From the IMG/VR virus record IMGVR_UViG_3300009095_001812, positions 1-56,989 of that record: 56,989 bases of DNA. One strand, written 5' to 3'. Made by a program: the position numbers and the translations under genes. Position 1 is the first letter of the stretch, and the number at the start of each line of letters is the position of its first letter. This DNA comes from a virus. Taxonomy: Duplodnaviria; Heunggongvirae; Uroviricota; Caudoviricetes. Shown piece by piece: positions 28,520-39,338 of this stretch. The notes under the pieces were generated by a model. The model worked only from the letters and a program-made list of their open reading frames with translations. It was not told the origin of the DNA and ran no database searches.

Positions 28520-28850
28520 GCATCAATTTATTCGACACCTAACAAAACTATTTAACAAATTACCTGATGATGTGTTCTATGAGCATATTAACCCATATTT
28601 AAAGGTGTGGTTGTATGAGTCTTGGCTTCATGACCAAGAATTAGAAATAGATAGGCTTAGGAAGCAAGCCATTCTTATTGGATCTTTCTTCAATCCAGAT
28701 ATGGCTCAGAAGATGATTAAAAGTGAAAATCCAGATTTCGCATCTACCGATGAAGATTTGGATGAGGCCAATAAAGCGGTTAGAGAGCAAATTCTGGAAG
28801 CTGAAAAGAAAGGTAATAAAAAGCGCAAGAAGCGCAAGGTTGTTGACTAA
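28485..28850 (+). CDS. Second tail assembly chaperone ORF (possibly a frameshift extension)
   Basis: Overlaps the preceding ORF in the +1 frame; candidate TTG 28485 after GAGGAG; its stop overlaps the tape measure ATG. Start uncertain. Confidence 0.6.
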   Translation: MIPLEKVVRTPEHQFIRHLTKLFNKLPDDVFYEHINPYLKVWLYESWLHDQELEIDRLRKQAILIGSFFNPDMAQKMIKSENPDFASTDEDLDEANKAVREQILEAEKKGNKKRKKRKVVD

Positions 28851-31096
28851 TGGCTGACATTTCTCTTGAGGCTCTAGAAAAATTGTTTGAAGAACTAAAA
28901 GATCCATCTCTTGGAACTTTTATTGATCGTATGAAAGCCGCAGGGCAGAGTCTTACTGACTTTACCGAATTAGCTGGTAAAGTCAGTGAAACTGCTATTG
29001 AAAAGCTTCGCAATATGGCTGGAGCTACAAAAGAGATGATTGCAGCCTTTGGTGGATACAAAGAACAGGCAGAGGCTGTTCAGAACGCCGGCTCTGCTCT
29101 TTGGACACAGATGACTGAAGGTCTCTCTAAATATTCTAGAGAACAAGACTTGACGGCTGGTGGAGCTGCTGTAATGGGCACGAGATTAGCCCTTGCTCTT
29201 GAACCAGCTCTCGGTCTTCTTCCCAAGGGTGTAACTGGTATGGGTCAGCTATCTGATGCTGGTACGAGTGCCGGTTCGAAGATTACAGATGCATTCTCAA
29301 ACCTGAACCCAATATTAACAAAAGCGTTAGGGCAAGACTCTATTGGGTACAGGATGTTTGAATCAATTGCTCAAGGAGCGGCGAATGTTTACAGCTTAGA
29401 AAGAGAGCTTGGTAATCTAGCAGCAACTCAAGGAAGATTCAGTACAGTTTTAGAAAGTAACACTCGTTTTGGTGAAAACCTAAATGAGATGTATATAAAT
29501 CAAGTGAACCTTGCTTATGAGTCTGCTGTTGCTACGGGACAAACAGTTGCTTCAATGATGGATTTGAGTAGGGCTCTTGCTCCAATTCCAGATGCTCTTT
29601 CTGAACCTGTGACAATCGGTGTTCAAGGAATGTCTCAACTTGCAGCTGTCTCTCAGTTAGCTACAGGTTTTATGAGAGATAACGCCCAAGTAGCTAAGCT
29701 CTTGGGTGACATGTACACCAATATGGGCGTGTCTGGAAAGGAGGCTTATGTAAATGTAGCTAACTTGTATGAGAGTGCTGGAGATTCAAAACTTAGATTT
29801 GAAGCATTTACAACAACAGTTATGAATATAGCTGGTGGATTTAAGATGCTTGGCGACAACACCGCAGCCGCAACAAATGTTGTGAAGTCTTTTGATGATG
29901 CGTTCAAAAACTCAGATATCTCACCAGCGGCGATGGCAGATCTTATTGGAAGAATGTCTCAAGGTATTGAGAAGATGGATCTTGCAAAGATGGCGTTTGT
30001 ATCTGGCGCAACCGGTGGCCCTGGAGGGTTGGCTGGTGGTCTGCAAACAGAACTAGCTATTCGTGAAGGCCGCATGGATGAGGTTCTTCAGAAAACCATG
30101 CAGGCTATGCAAGCTCAGTTTGGTGGACAAGTTGTTACACTTGAAGAGGCTGCTGGTAATGAGCAGCTTGCCGCAGAGTTCGTAAAGCAAAGAGAATATC
30201 TCAAGCAAGTTGCTGGTATTGCCGGAACAGATGCTGAGGCAAATAGAATTCTCGAAGCTATGAAGTCTGGCGTAATGGATGGGCTTTCTCTTGGTCGTAC
30301 AGAAATGGAAACCGATGGTGATAAGTCTTTAGCCAATGCTGTAGATCGTGGAGCTGAAGAGCAACTGAGAACGAACTCTCTATTAATGAGGACAAATCAA
30401 ATACTAGAGGCTGGAATGCTCATGCGTAATTACGATTACTCTGAGTTATCAACTCAGTTAGGCTCTGTAGAAGCTGATAGAATGAGAGAGGCGTTAGGGG
30501 CATCTAGAACAGCTGCTTCTATCAATCCAGAAGCAAATGAACAAAGAGCACCTCTCGATCAGGTTGCTTTTATTGAAGACAAGATATCTGGGTTTGGAGA
30601 AAATCAGATCATATCATCTATTACTGATTCAATTGGAAATATAGTTTCAAAAGCTTCTGGTTCATCACTTGGTGAAAAATTTCAAAGCATCCAAGGCCAG
30701 TTTAATAATTATAAAGAAAATAAATCAATTGTTGGTGATGGTGGTGCTGCAACAAATTATATACTACCAGCAGATAAAAGAACTTCAGAGTTTTTAGGGA
30801 TAGGAAATGTTCCTCGTGAAAGAGAAACTTCAGAGTTTTTAGGGATAGGAAATGTTCCTGGTGCTGATCGTCGTGCACCACCTTCTTTTGAACAGTTAGC
30901 AAACATACCTTTTGGTAGGGGTGTGGAAGCAGAAGGGGCCCAAGCTCAAGGGGTTGAAATATCCTACCAACCACTTGAGGTAAAGGTTTCGTTTGATGAA
31001 CCATTTGATCAGAAAGTTAGACTCATTGCTGATCAGCAAATTTCAAGAGCGCAGCAAGGCCAAGTCAGGGCCGCAGCTAACGGAAGGCCAAGATAA
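28850..31096 (+). CDS. Tape measure protein
   Basis: 748 aa, A/G/M/Q-rich helical composition, canonical position after the chaperones. Confidence 0.75.
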   Translation: MADISLEALEKLFEELKDPSLGTFIDRMKAAGQSLTDFTELAGKVSETAIEKLRNMAGATKEMIAAFGGYKEQAEAVQNAGSALWTQMTEGLSKYSREQDLTAGGAAVMGTRLALALEPALGLLPKGVTGMGQLSDAGTSAGSKITDAFSNLNPILTKALGQDSIGYRMFESIAQGAANVYSLERELGNLAATQGRFSTVLESNTRFGENLNEMYINQVNLAYESAVATGQTVASMMDLSRALAPIPDALSEPVTIGVQGMSQLAAVSQLATGFMRDNAQVAKLLGDMYTNMGVSGKEAYVNVANLYESAGDSKLRFEAFTTTVMNIAGGFKMLGDNTAAATNVVKSFDDAFKNSDISPAAMADLIGRMSQGIEKMDLAKMAFVSGATGGPGGLAGGLQTELAIREGRMDEVLQKTMQAMQAQFGGQVVTLEEAAGNEQLAAEFVKQREYLKQVAGIAGTDAEANRILEAMKSGVMDGLSLGRTEMETDGDKSLANAVDRGAEEQLRTNSLLMRTNQILEAGMLMRNYDYSELSTQLGSVEADRMREALGASRTAASINPEANEQRAPLDQVAFIEDKISGFGENQIISSITDSIGNIVSKASGSSLGEKFQSIQGQFNNYKENKSIVGDGGAATNYILPADKRTSEFLGIGNVPRERETSEFLGIGNVPGADRRAPPSFEQLANIPFGRGVEAEGAQAQGVEISYQPLEVKVSFDEPFDQKVRLIADQQISRAQQGQVRAAANGRPR
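30781..30859 (+). repeat. Perfect 34-bp direct repeat, period 45 nt
   Basis: aacttcagagtttttagggataggaaatgttcct at 30781-30814 and 30826-30859, giving TSEFLGIGNVP twice. Confidence 0.95.
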
Positions 31097-31106
31097 CGAG
31101 GTGTAA

Positions 31107-32078
31107 ATGGTAGATGTCTTAGATGCAATTTCTAGTAGAACAAGTGATGCTTTCCGAACAGCTCAGGGAGCGGTGCGTGGGGGTTTGCAAGGAGATCCTG
31201 CGGGGTTTTCAAACCTTGATAAACTTCCATCACCCTCTGGTAATAATGTTAGGCAAGCAAAAATTGCCAACCTGCGTGATGGTTCCGCCGTTCGAAATAT
31301 GGTTCGATGGTTCTTGCCAGAGGTAGGGATTATTGAAATGTATATTAACCCCAAATCTATAAAGTACTCAGATAAGAAACATATTCCATCACCAACAAGA
31401 ACTAGAGGAGGGTACTCAATCCAGTATTGGGGAGAAGAACTTGGATCTGTTTCCCTTGCCGGAACTACCGGCTCATCTGGTATTGAAGGTATCAATGTTC
31501 TTTATGATATTTATAGATCAGAACAAGTTGCTCTTGATGGTCTGGCTTTAGCCGTTCAGGCTTCAAGAGATAGGGATAACCTTGGAGGTGGATTACTTTC
31601 TGGTTTGGCTGGTAACGGAGCGGCAGCTGTTGGTAATGTTATAGGTGGGGTAACTGATACTTTATTTGATCAGGTTGATTCTCTTTTGGAAAGTGGAAAT
31701 ATAGATCCTGTATCTCCAAGACCAACATTAGCATCCATGGCTTTTCAAGTAGAGATGTATTGGGCAGGTGCCGTGTATAGAGGATACTTTACTCAAATGA
31801 CAGTCAACGAAAGTGCTGATAATATCGGTTTGTTTGATTACAACATAGACTTCATGGTTACGCAGAAGAGAGGTTTGCGTTTGAACTTTATGCCTTGGCA
31901 CCGATCTGCTGTTAATGGCCCTTCCAATTCAGATCCTGCATTTGGACCGCCTTATTCATTTGGTACTTTAAAAGATCCTTTGCCAGGAAGAACGCAGGGA
32001 GATGACCAGCAACAATTGCGAAGATTTCAAACAGTACGAACTCTAAATCAAAGTTTACAGAGTTCTCGTCCACTGTGA
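31107..32078 (+). CDS. Putative tail tube initiator/baseplate protein
   Basis: MYINPKSIKY..TRGGYSIQYWGEELGSVSLAGTTG..YRGYFTQMTVNE..FDYNIDFMV tube-like pattern directly after the tape measure. Confidence 0.7.
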   Translation: MVDVLDAISSRTSDAFRTAQGAVRGGLQGDPAGFSNLDKLPSPSGNNVRQAKIANLRDGSAVRNMVRWFLPEVGIIEMYINPKSIKYSDKKHIPSPTRTRGGYSIQYWGEELGSVSLAGTTGSSGIEGINVLYDIYRSEQVALDGLALAVQASRDRDNLGGGLLSGLAGNGAAAVGNVIGGVTDTLFDQVDSLLESGNIDPVSPRPTLASMAFQVEMYWAGAVYRGYFTQMTVNESADNIGLFDYNIDFMVTQKRGLRLNFMPWHRSAVNGPSNSDPAFGPPYSFGTLKDPLPGRTQGDDQQQLRRFQTVRTLNQSLQSSRPL

Positions 32079-32094
32079 TGATATAGGAGCCATT

Positions 32095-35000
32095 ATGGGT
32101 TTTCTATCTTCGCTTGGCGGAATAATAAATGATCAATTTGGAATTGGAGAGAATACTTCTCACTCTCTAGATTCCATTGATGGTATGTCACGATCTCCTT
32201 ATGATAGATTAGGAGATTATGCTAAAAAAATAGATCAGTCAGCAGAGCGAACATATATTGAAGATGGTTTCATTCGCAACATAAGACCACGAACGAGGGG
32301 TGTCATTTTTCAACAACCAGATATTTATGTTGTTGTAAAGAAGAGAATGTTCTCAACTCTTGTTGAGAATTCAAGATTAGATCTTTTAGAAGATAAAGAA
32401 AGAATATTAATTAAAGCTTCTAAAAGATTGTTTCAAAACAAGTGTAGAGTTATATCATCATATGAAAAACTTACAAAGATTGAACAGTTAACATATGAAT
32501 CTGGAAGATTCAATACATTCCTTGGCGCACCTGTTCTTGATCTAATTAATAATATTGATGGTTTCTTTTTTAATATGTCTGGTAAGACAAAATCTGCGAT
32601 AGATACTTTGCGCAAAGTTTTGGCTTATTCAGAACCAGGAGAATATACCAATTGGTCTACAAATGATAATGATGCTGTATTTGAAAGTTCAGTTGGCGAG
32701 GGTCCTGGAACATTTGAATTAACAAACGTTGCATCTATAAAGACAACCACCTCCACTAAATGGGGTGGCGGTTCAGCATCTTTAACAATAGAGGATCCAT
32801 ACAATCTTCTTACAATTACTGAGAGAGATATTGATCAGGCATTGACTGATGTTACAAATCCGATGCGTGTTGGTTCATCTTTCAAATTTGCTGATATTCA
32901 ACTTCAGAATAGAATCGAAGAAGTAAAACGAGAACTTGCGATTGAACGGCGTGCTCGTGAAGCTTCACAAATTACTTTCAAGGTAAGCCCTGGAACTCTA
33001 CTCTCTAAAAGAGTAAGGGCAATTATAGATGATGAAGGTCAAGAGGTTTTGTTTGAGTATTCAACAGCAAACCAGAACTTTCTTGACTCTCTCGAAGAAT
33101 CTTCCAATGTATTTGAAGCGCACGCATCTGTTTTCAATTTGTTTTCTACAGGTTCTGTTCAAATAGATCCTCTGTTTCTATCTGGAAATCCAGCAGCAGT
33201 AATATCTGTAAACAACCAACTTACAAACTCTGAAAGAGAAAAGTTTATAGAAATCGTTGCGAATATCTATACTCTTCTTTCTCAGAGAGCAACATCTCAA
33301 AGAGATTTGAAAGCAAGGAATGCCGAGATCAACTACGCAAGAAATAGAATGCGCCAGTTTTTCAATGGTAAGTACATCATTCAGCCAATGGACACGATTA
33401 CCATTTGGATGACTTCGAGAACTGATGAAGATGAGCGTATCCCTGGTGGCTTTAGATCGCAACAAAACGAAGGTGGACAGGGTGCTCTACAGAGCTTTGA
33501 TAATCTAATTAAGAACATCAATAATCAGCTTACGAACCTAAAAGATCCTTCTGGTTCGTTCTCAAAAACAATGTCATTTGATGATGTTGAACGACTGAGT
33601 ATTGTTGGTCCAAATATGCCAAGATGGCTTTGGAGACAGTTCCGTCAAGATATTACGGGACAGCCAACGGGCCCGTGTATTTTCAATGGTATTGTTGGAA
33701 AGGGTGGTCAGGGAGTTACGGGTTCTTGGAACGATGGTAAGTGGATTATTAATGTTACTTGTGAAGATAATACTGGATACTTTGATAAATCACAAATCAA
33801 TTTCAAACCATCGGCGGACGTTTTCAACGCATCTATTTATGATCCTCTCACACCATTTGATGTGAGCTTCGATGCTGCTACTGGAGTTCCAATTAATGAA
33901 ATCGGAAATGGACAGTTTCCTCCATTACTTAAAGAGAACCAAGATCTTTTACTAAGCGGCGTTCTCACGTTTAAGAGTGGTGCTAATAGGGGTAATCCGG
34001 CTAACATAAATAATTGGCAAAACCCATCTAAAGAGATTTCATTTAACAATTTTAGAGCTGTTCTGCACAATCCGGATGGTCTTGTTTATAGATGGAAGCA
34101 GGGTATTCAAACACTCACTGCATCTTCCAGGCCTGTATCTACCACATCTATAGATCAAGAGAGAACAGTACTTCTAACAAATAAACCATTTGCTGGGCAA
34201 GATGTGATGAATGTAATTTCAATACTTATCACAGCTCAGCCTTATAATTATGGAACATTTCTAAAAGCAGCTTTATCAAACGGAAACTCTCTAGGCTCAG
34301 CAGATTCGGCAACTAACATTTCAGCAGCTTCTACTTACATTCAGGGTCTTCTATCTGATATTGAAAAAACTAATTTAACATGGGGTAATTTTATTCCATA
34401 CAAGAAACTAGTTATAAATCCAGCATATGATAAGTTTCTAATGGAGACGCGCACAGAAGCTATCATGTTGAATACAAAGATTCAACAGCTTCTCAATGAA
34501 AGAGCAAAAGCTGAAGATGAATTAATTCTTCAACAGGGTGGTTTCTTTGTAGATGCTGCATCTGCTTTTAGGTATGACTCTCAAGGCCGTACGATCCCAA
34601 ACGATCCAGACTCTTCTTTTGATGCTGGCGGTGCGTCATCTGGGGTTCAGACAAAAATTAAAAACTTGAGCAACTCTTTGGCTCAGGCTTTAACGGAGTT
34701 TGAGCTTACAATTAACAATCCCCTTTCACCAAATCCGGATGTTGGTATTACAATGATTGGAAATGATGTTAATGCAGATCCTTCACTAACATCGATTGAT
34801 AACGCGAAGGACAATCCGGGGCAGAAGCAAAGAAGCGAACTTCAGCTTAGACAGGGGTTGAAGAGATTTACGGCTCGTCGTTTCTGGCAGGTTCGTGCAA
34901 ACAAAGATCAAAATCTTCTCATAGTAGATGATCAATATGACAAGAATTATGACATACAAGCATTCGAGAGAAGAATAGGATCCAAGATTGAACTTTTCAA

Positions 35001-37302
35001 TACTCAGTATTCTACAATCTCTTCTCAGTTAGCTGGTGTTGCCGACTTGTTGGGTCTTGAGTGTTTTGCAAATACTCAAGGTCATATTGAAGTACGCCCA
35101 CCTGGATACAACAAAGTTCCAAGCTCTGTATTTTTCAAGATGTTTAGAGACAGGGATGAAAATGGTACAAAAGTTTTTCCAGACTTCCTTGAGAATCTTT
35201 ACTTCAATCAAATTAAAAACATATTCAATCAAATAGAGGTTGTTGAAGATGAGATAAGGCTTAGAGCTGTTGCTCTAGGAGCAAGAAATGATAATGACAT
35301 AGTTTCTTTGATTATAAGTGGAAACAACCAAGCTCCAAACTCAGATTCATTTTCTTTCCTAACAACCTTTGACGGAGATGGGAGAATAGGAACACGCCCA
35401 CTTCAGCAGTTATTTATTCAAACAGATCCTGATTTTAGCGAGGGTTGGACAGATCCAGCTCTTAAAGAATTAGATGAATTTGAAACAAAAATTTCAAAAC
35501 TTACAAAGACAGCTCTACTCTTTACACCAAGCATTCAAGCAAATGCCATAGCGAACTTTAATCCAAATGTACAACCAAATACACAAGAGCTTATATTTGA
35601 TACAATTAGATCTAGATTAAGAATCAAAACAGGCCGCGAACCAAAGAAACTCAATGACCTTTTTGGTAATAGAAACTTTCGCAGAGCCCCTGGTGGAGCT
35701 GTTAGCTCAATGGATAGAATCAATATTCTAAATCAGATATCGAATATGCTTGGTCAGAGACAGACCCTTCTCAAGTCTGTTGTAAATGCTATTCGTAATC
35801 TGCGAGAAGGTGTTGGAATCAATGCTCCTGATATTCAGAATGACAATATCTTTCAAGGCGGTTTAGGAAATATTACAAAGCCATCTGGTTCAAATAAAAC
35901 GTCTCGCTCTCTAACAACTCCAAACTTGTATCGTAAAACTGAAATTCCTCAGTTCCTTGAGCATATGATTGAATACGAGGATGAGGATGATATCGGACAA
36001 AATTCTGGTAGAAGGTTTGTAATTACTGCTGATAGAATTGTATCTTTAACTATTTCAGAGAATCCACCACCATTCAATGCGATTACTGTCAAAGGAATTC
36101 TTGGGGAGGGATTTGTAGATCCACCATCTGGTTTGCAACAAACATCAGATGGTGGGAATGTTGTAACATCTGCATATGCTGTAGATTATGATTCTTGGTA
36201 TCAGTATGGATTCAGAATCGGAAAAACAATTGAAGCGCCTTACCTTTCGGATCCGGATACTCAGTGCGCTCCTTTTGCGTTTGCAACATTACTTCAAGCT
36301 CGGGAAAATATCCTTCAAGGATCTTGTGAGGTTGTTGGGTACAATGAGTACTACCAACCGGGAGATGTTGTTTACATAGAAGATAGAAACCTTTTATTTT
36401 ACGTTTCTGATGTTAGTCATTCTGTTAGTTATGGAAAGTTAACTACAAATCTTTCTCTTAATTATGGACACTCTCCTGGAGAGTACATACCAACCATGCT
36501 TGATGTTGTTGGAAAAATTCTTTACAATTCACAAGGTTTTAGTAATCAATTCAGATCAGTGAGGGAGCAGATGCAAGGATCTGCGCGCTCTATTGGTGCT
36601 CTTGCTTTTGTATCAAATATTTCAGGTACTGGATCTCTACTTTTTGAAAGCGTAACACCTCTTGAGCTTTTGCTTAGAGGCAGATATGGAAATAGAAATA
36701 AGCAAATACTTAGTAACATTCTTTTTGGTGTAAGTGGTTCTTTGAATCCAGTTTCATTCAGAAGACAACGTGCACGAATAAAAATTGTATACTATAAAAC
36801 ATCAGAATCAAATTATGGAGATATGAATCTTTTAGCATATGCTGTTAAAGATTGGTTGTTATTTCCAGAGGAGTATGGATCGGATGAGCTTCTTCCAGCA
36901 AATCTTTCAAAGGGTGAGGCTTCAAAACAAAAAGATTTTGGATTAAATGATTCTGATATTATAATTGAAGAAGTTGATTTGTCTATTCCTGAAAAACAAA
37001 CAAGACAAAGAGTATTTCCAGAGGAAGAGGCAACTGAACCTGTAAAGAATGAGCAGGGGCCGTCATCAGCTGCTATTCAGGTAACAAGAGAATCTATTGC
37101 TGCTGGCGTAACACCAGGTCAATTTACTCTGTTTTTAGCTAATACTGTTTTAGATGTTTTTATAGATTATACATTCAATCAGAAACAGACGAAATCCATA
37201 GATGGTCAGAAAAATGAATCTCAAATTCGTATTGGTGAAGATATAGCTACAGCTTCTAAGAGTAGATTGGAATCAATTACTCAAACTGATGGAGAAACAT
37301 GA
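32095..37302 (+). CDS. Large baseplate hub protein (gp27/GpD-like with insertions)
   Basis: SASLTIEDP, IQPMDTITIWM, IFNGIV, LECFANTQGHIEVRPPGYN, QYGFR, QPGDVVYIEDRNLLFYVSDVSHS..TTNLSLNYGH. Confidence 0.72.
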   Translation: MGFLSSLGGIINDQFGIGENTSHSLDSIDGMSRSPYDRLGDYAKKIDQSAERTYIEDGFIRNIRPRTRGVIFQQPDIYVVVKKRMFSTLVENSRLDLLEDKERILIKASKRLFQNKCRVISSYEKLTKIEQLTYESGRFNTFLGAPVLDLINNIDGFFFNMSGKTKSAIDTLRKVLAYSEPGEYTNWSTNDNDAVFESSVGEGPGTFELTNVASIKTTTSTKWGGGSASLTIEDPYNLLTITERDIDQALTDVTNPMRVGSSFKFADIQLQNRIEEVKRELAIERRAREASQITFKVSPGTLLSKRVRAIIDDEGQEVLFEYSTANQNFLDSLEESSNVFEAHASVFNLFSTGSVQIDPLFLSGNPAAVISVNNQLTNSEREKFIEIVANIYTLLSQRATSQRDLKARNAEINYARNRMRQFFNGKYIIQPMDTITIWMTSRTDEDERIPGGFRSQQNEGGQGALQSFDNLIKNINNQLTNLKDPSGSFSKTMSFDDVERLSIVGPNMPRWLWRQFRQDITGQPTGPCIFNGIVGKGGQGVTGSWNDGKWIINVTCEDNTGYFDKSQINFKPSADVFNASIYDPLTPFDVSFDAATGVPINEIGNGQFPPLLKENQDLLLSGVLTFKSGANRGNPANINNWQNPSKEISFNNFRAVLHNPDGLVYRWKQGIQTLTASSRPVSTTSIDQERTVLLTNKPFAGQDVMNVISILITAQPYNYGTFLKAALSNGNSLGSADSATNISAASTYIQGLLSDIEKTNLTWGNFIPYKKLVINPAYDKFLMETRTEAIMLNTKIQQLLNERAKAEDELILQQGGFFVDAASAFRYDSQGRTIPNDPDSSFDAGGASSGVQTKIKNLSNSLAQALTEFELTINNPLSPNPDVGITMIGNDVNADPSLTSIDNAKDNPGQKQRSELQLRQGLKRFTARRFWQVRANKDQNLLIVDDQYDKNYDIQAFERRIGSKIELFNTQYSTISSQLAGVADLLGLECFANTQGHIEVRPPGYNKVPSSVFFKMFRDRDENGTKVFPDFLENLYFNQIKNIFNQIEVVEDEIRLRAVALGARNDNDIVSLIISGNNQAPNSDSFSFLTTFDGDGRIGTRPLQQLFIQTDPDFSEGWTDPALKELDEFETKISKLTKTALLFTPSIQANAIANFNPNVQPNTQELIFDTIRSRLRIKTGREPKKLNDLFGNRNFRRAPGGAVSSMDRINILNQISNMLGQRQTLLKSVVNAIRNLREGVGINAPDIQNDNIFQGGLGNITKPSGSNKTSRSLTTPNLYRKTEIPQFLEHMIEYEDEDDIGQNSGRRFVITADRIVSLTISENPPPFNAITVKGILGEGFVDPPSGLQQTSDGGNVVTSAYAVDYDSWYQYGFRIGKTIEAPYLSDPDTQCAPFAFATLLQARENILQGSCEVVGYNEYYQPGDVVYIEDRNLLFYVSDVSHSVSYGKLTTNLSLNYGHSPGEYIPTMLDVVGKILYNSQGFSNQFRSVREQMQGSARSIGALAFVSNISGTGSLLFESVTPLELLLRGRYGNRNKQILSNILFGVSGSLNPVSFRRQRARIKIVYYKTSESNYGDMNLLAYAVKDWLLFPEEYGSDELLPANLSKGEASKQKDFGLNDSDIIIEEVDLSIPEKQTRQRVFPEEEATEPVKNEQGPSSAAIQVTRESIAAGVTPGQFTLFLANTVLDVFIDYTFNQKQTKSIDGQKNESQIRIGEDIATASKSRLESITQTDGET

Positions 37303-39329
37303 GGTCTTATATATCGGCGCATGACATAGGATCGGTTCCTGGCGTTCCAATTCGTGGAGTTATTCGAAGTGTGAATATGGCGCTCGGCCTATCTTATGTT
37401 GAACTTCCCCTTACTCAGAGCGGCACTACATATCCCGTAAAGCTACCTCTTGGTTGGAGTGGTCCGCGAGGTCAAATCTCTGGTGGTTATCCAGAAATTG
37501 GAACAAACATATTTGTTGTTCTTGGACAGGGTAATGAGTGGATGTTTGTTAATTATGACCAGTCAAATACAAGAACATCTTTTGATTCAGATGGAACAAA
37601 GATTGTCTCCGCTGTAAATAAAATCAAGCCTGGTACATGGGGAACGCTTGTAGAGAATGATGTCAATCTTTTAGTAAGCCCAAACACTGGTGTTATTCAG
37701 GGTGACTCTGTTCAGTTTACGCAAGCAGATTCAATACTTGGTATCTGGAGTTCCAGGTTCAAGCAACATATGCATTTCTCTGATTCTCATAGAGAAATCA
37801 TTGGCCCTGTTCTTCGAGACCTAAAATCAAATGGAACTCGTGGAGTTTCAGGCTCGTCACTCAGCGGGCATCAGTACAACGTCAGTTTAGATGAAGTTGG
37901 TCTGGATCCAAGAAATGCAACCTCAGTCTCTACGGCATCTACAAGAAATCCTGCTTTGGCTGAAAACAGGAAAATGTATTATGAGTTCGTCAATAGATTT
38001 GGGTACACATATGACGAACAAGAAGAAAGACTTTATGCCGGAGAGAGTAGACCTGGACTTCTTCCCTATCAGAGAAAGAGATCTAGAACGGATACAATGT
38101 CTTTGTCTTTGGATTCACCAAACTATTTGGCTGAATCAGTAATCGGAACCGTCGTTGATATTTATGGTAACATTCTTGATATCAATCGGTCCGCCCTTCC
38201 GTCTGGTTTGATAGATTCTCTAAACTTTAGAAAGTCCGAGGACGACCAGAACATTGTTTTTAGAAAGCTTCGGGCTCAGTTGCGTAAAAGTATAGCTTAT
38301 CATTTTGAGATCAATGCAAGGAAAGATGGAATTAATCTTCCAGATTACGATGATACAACAAACTACTCGGTAGCACGTTCAAGATTTTTCTTCGACATAG
38401 ATAAAGAAGGACAGTTCAAAATGAACGTTCCAGCTTCTTCGGAAGAAGGAAATATATCTCTTTTAGTAAGATATGAAAATTTTTCTAATATCAAAGGTTT
38501 TGAGGAAGATACAGATCGTGGACAATTCCTAAGAAACGTTACCAATAACACTGATGTTCAATTAGAACCACACGGTAAGGGTGTTGTATCTCTAGTTAGC
38601 AAGGAGACAACACTCAAGGGATTTGAAGCGCCTCTCAATAGATTTGATGGTGAGCAGATCAAGTTAGGAACAGGGTTTCATGAGATATCTGAAGTTTTGT
38701 TTTTGCACAAACTCAATGCTCCATATTCAGACTCAACAGGAACCGGAGGGTACAACAACTCTCTTTTGAACTCCATTGACCCGGTGGAAGATGTTGTAAC
38801 TTCACAAGTGATAGTTGCTGGCGAAGGGGCGAATGCTGGTGGTCGAAGCGGAACCATTTCTCTTGATGGTATGCTTTCTTTAAGTATTGGCGCTAACACA
38901 GTAGATCGTCAAAGCCTTTGGCTTGATACTGCTGGTGGAATTGTAGGAGCAATAGGCAGGGATGTCTTCCAAAGATCTATGGCCCTAACATTGGATGGTG
39001 ACCTTTTTATGCAAGTTGGTGGAACAACTGTTTCTGATGATACAAGATTCCCATCTAGTGTGTTTATTAATGAAGCAAGAGATGGTGTTGTTGATATTAG
39101 AATTTGGAACACAGGAAGTTTTCATACAATTAGAATAGATGATCAAGGAATTAAAATTCATACACCCCAAAGACTTGATATAGTTAGCGAAGGAGAGATG
39201 CGATTCAAATCTGTGAGAGGCAATATGTACTTTGACGCTGAAAGTATCTATTTCTATGCAAATGACAATCCAGCTAATGGGCGTTTGGTTATGCGTTCTA
39301 CCACTGGCCCCGCAGGTAAGACAATCTAA
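37299..39329 (+). CDS. Baseplate central spike protein (gp5/gpV-like)
   Basis: OB-fold-like N-terminus (RGVIRSVN..YPEIGTNIFV) and beta-strand repeats at the C-terminus; follows the hub with an ATGA overlap. Confidence 0.62.
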   Translation: MRSYISAHDIGSVPGVPIRGVIRSVNMALGLSYVELPLTQSGTTYPVKLPLGWSGPRGQISGGYPEIGTNIFVVLGQGNEWMFVNYDQSNTRTSFDSDGTKIVSAVNKIKPGTWGTLVENDVNLLVSPNTGVIQGDSVQFTQADSILGIWSSRFKQHMHFSDSHREIIGPVLRDLKSNGTRGVSGSSLSGHQYNVSLDEVGLDPRNATSVSTASTRNPALAENRKMYYEFVNRFGYTYDEQEERLYAGESRPGLLPYQRKRSRTDTMSLSLDSPNYLAESVIGTVVDIYGNILDINRSALPSGLIDSLNFRKSEDDQNIVFRKLRAQLRKSIAYHFEINARKDGINLPDYDDTTNYSVARSRFFFDIDKEGQFKMNVPASSEEGNISLLVRYENFSNIKGFEEDTDRGQFLRNVTNNTDVQLEPHGKGVVSLVSKETTLKGFEAPLNRFDGEQIKLGTGFHEISEVLFLHKLNAPYSDSTGTGGYNNSLLNSIDPVEDVVTSQVIVAGEGANAGGRSGTISLDGMLSLSIGANTVDRQSLWLDTAGGIVGAIGRDVFQRSMALTLDGDLFMQVGGTTVSDDTRFPSSVFINEARDGVVDIRIWNTGSFHTIRIDDQGIKIHTPQRLDIVSEGEMRFKSVRGNMYFDAESIYFYANDNPANGRLVMRSTTGPAGKTI

Positions 39330-39338
39330 GGTAATGAA

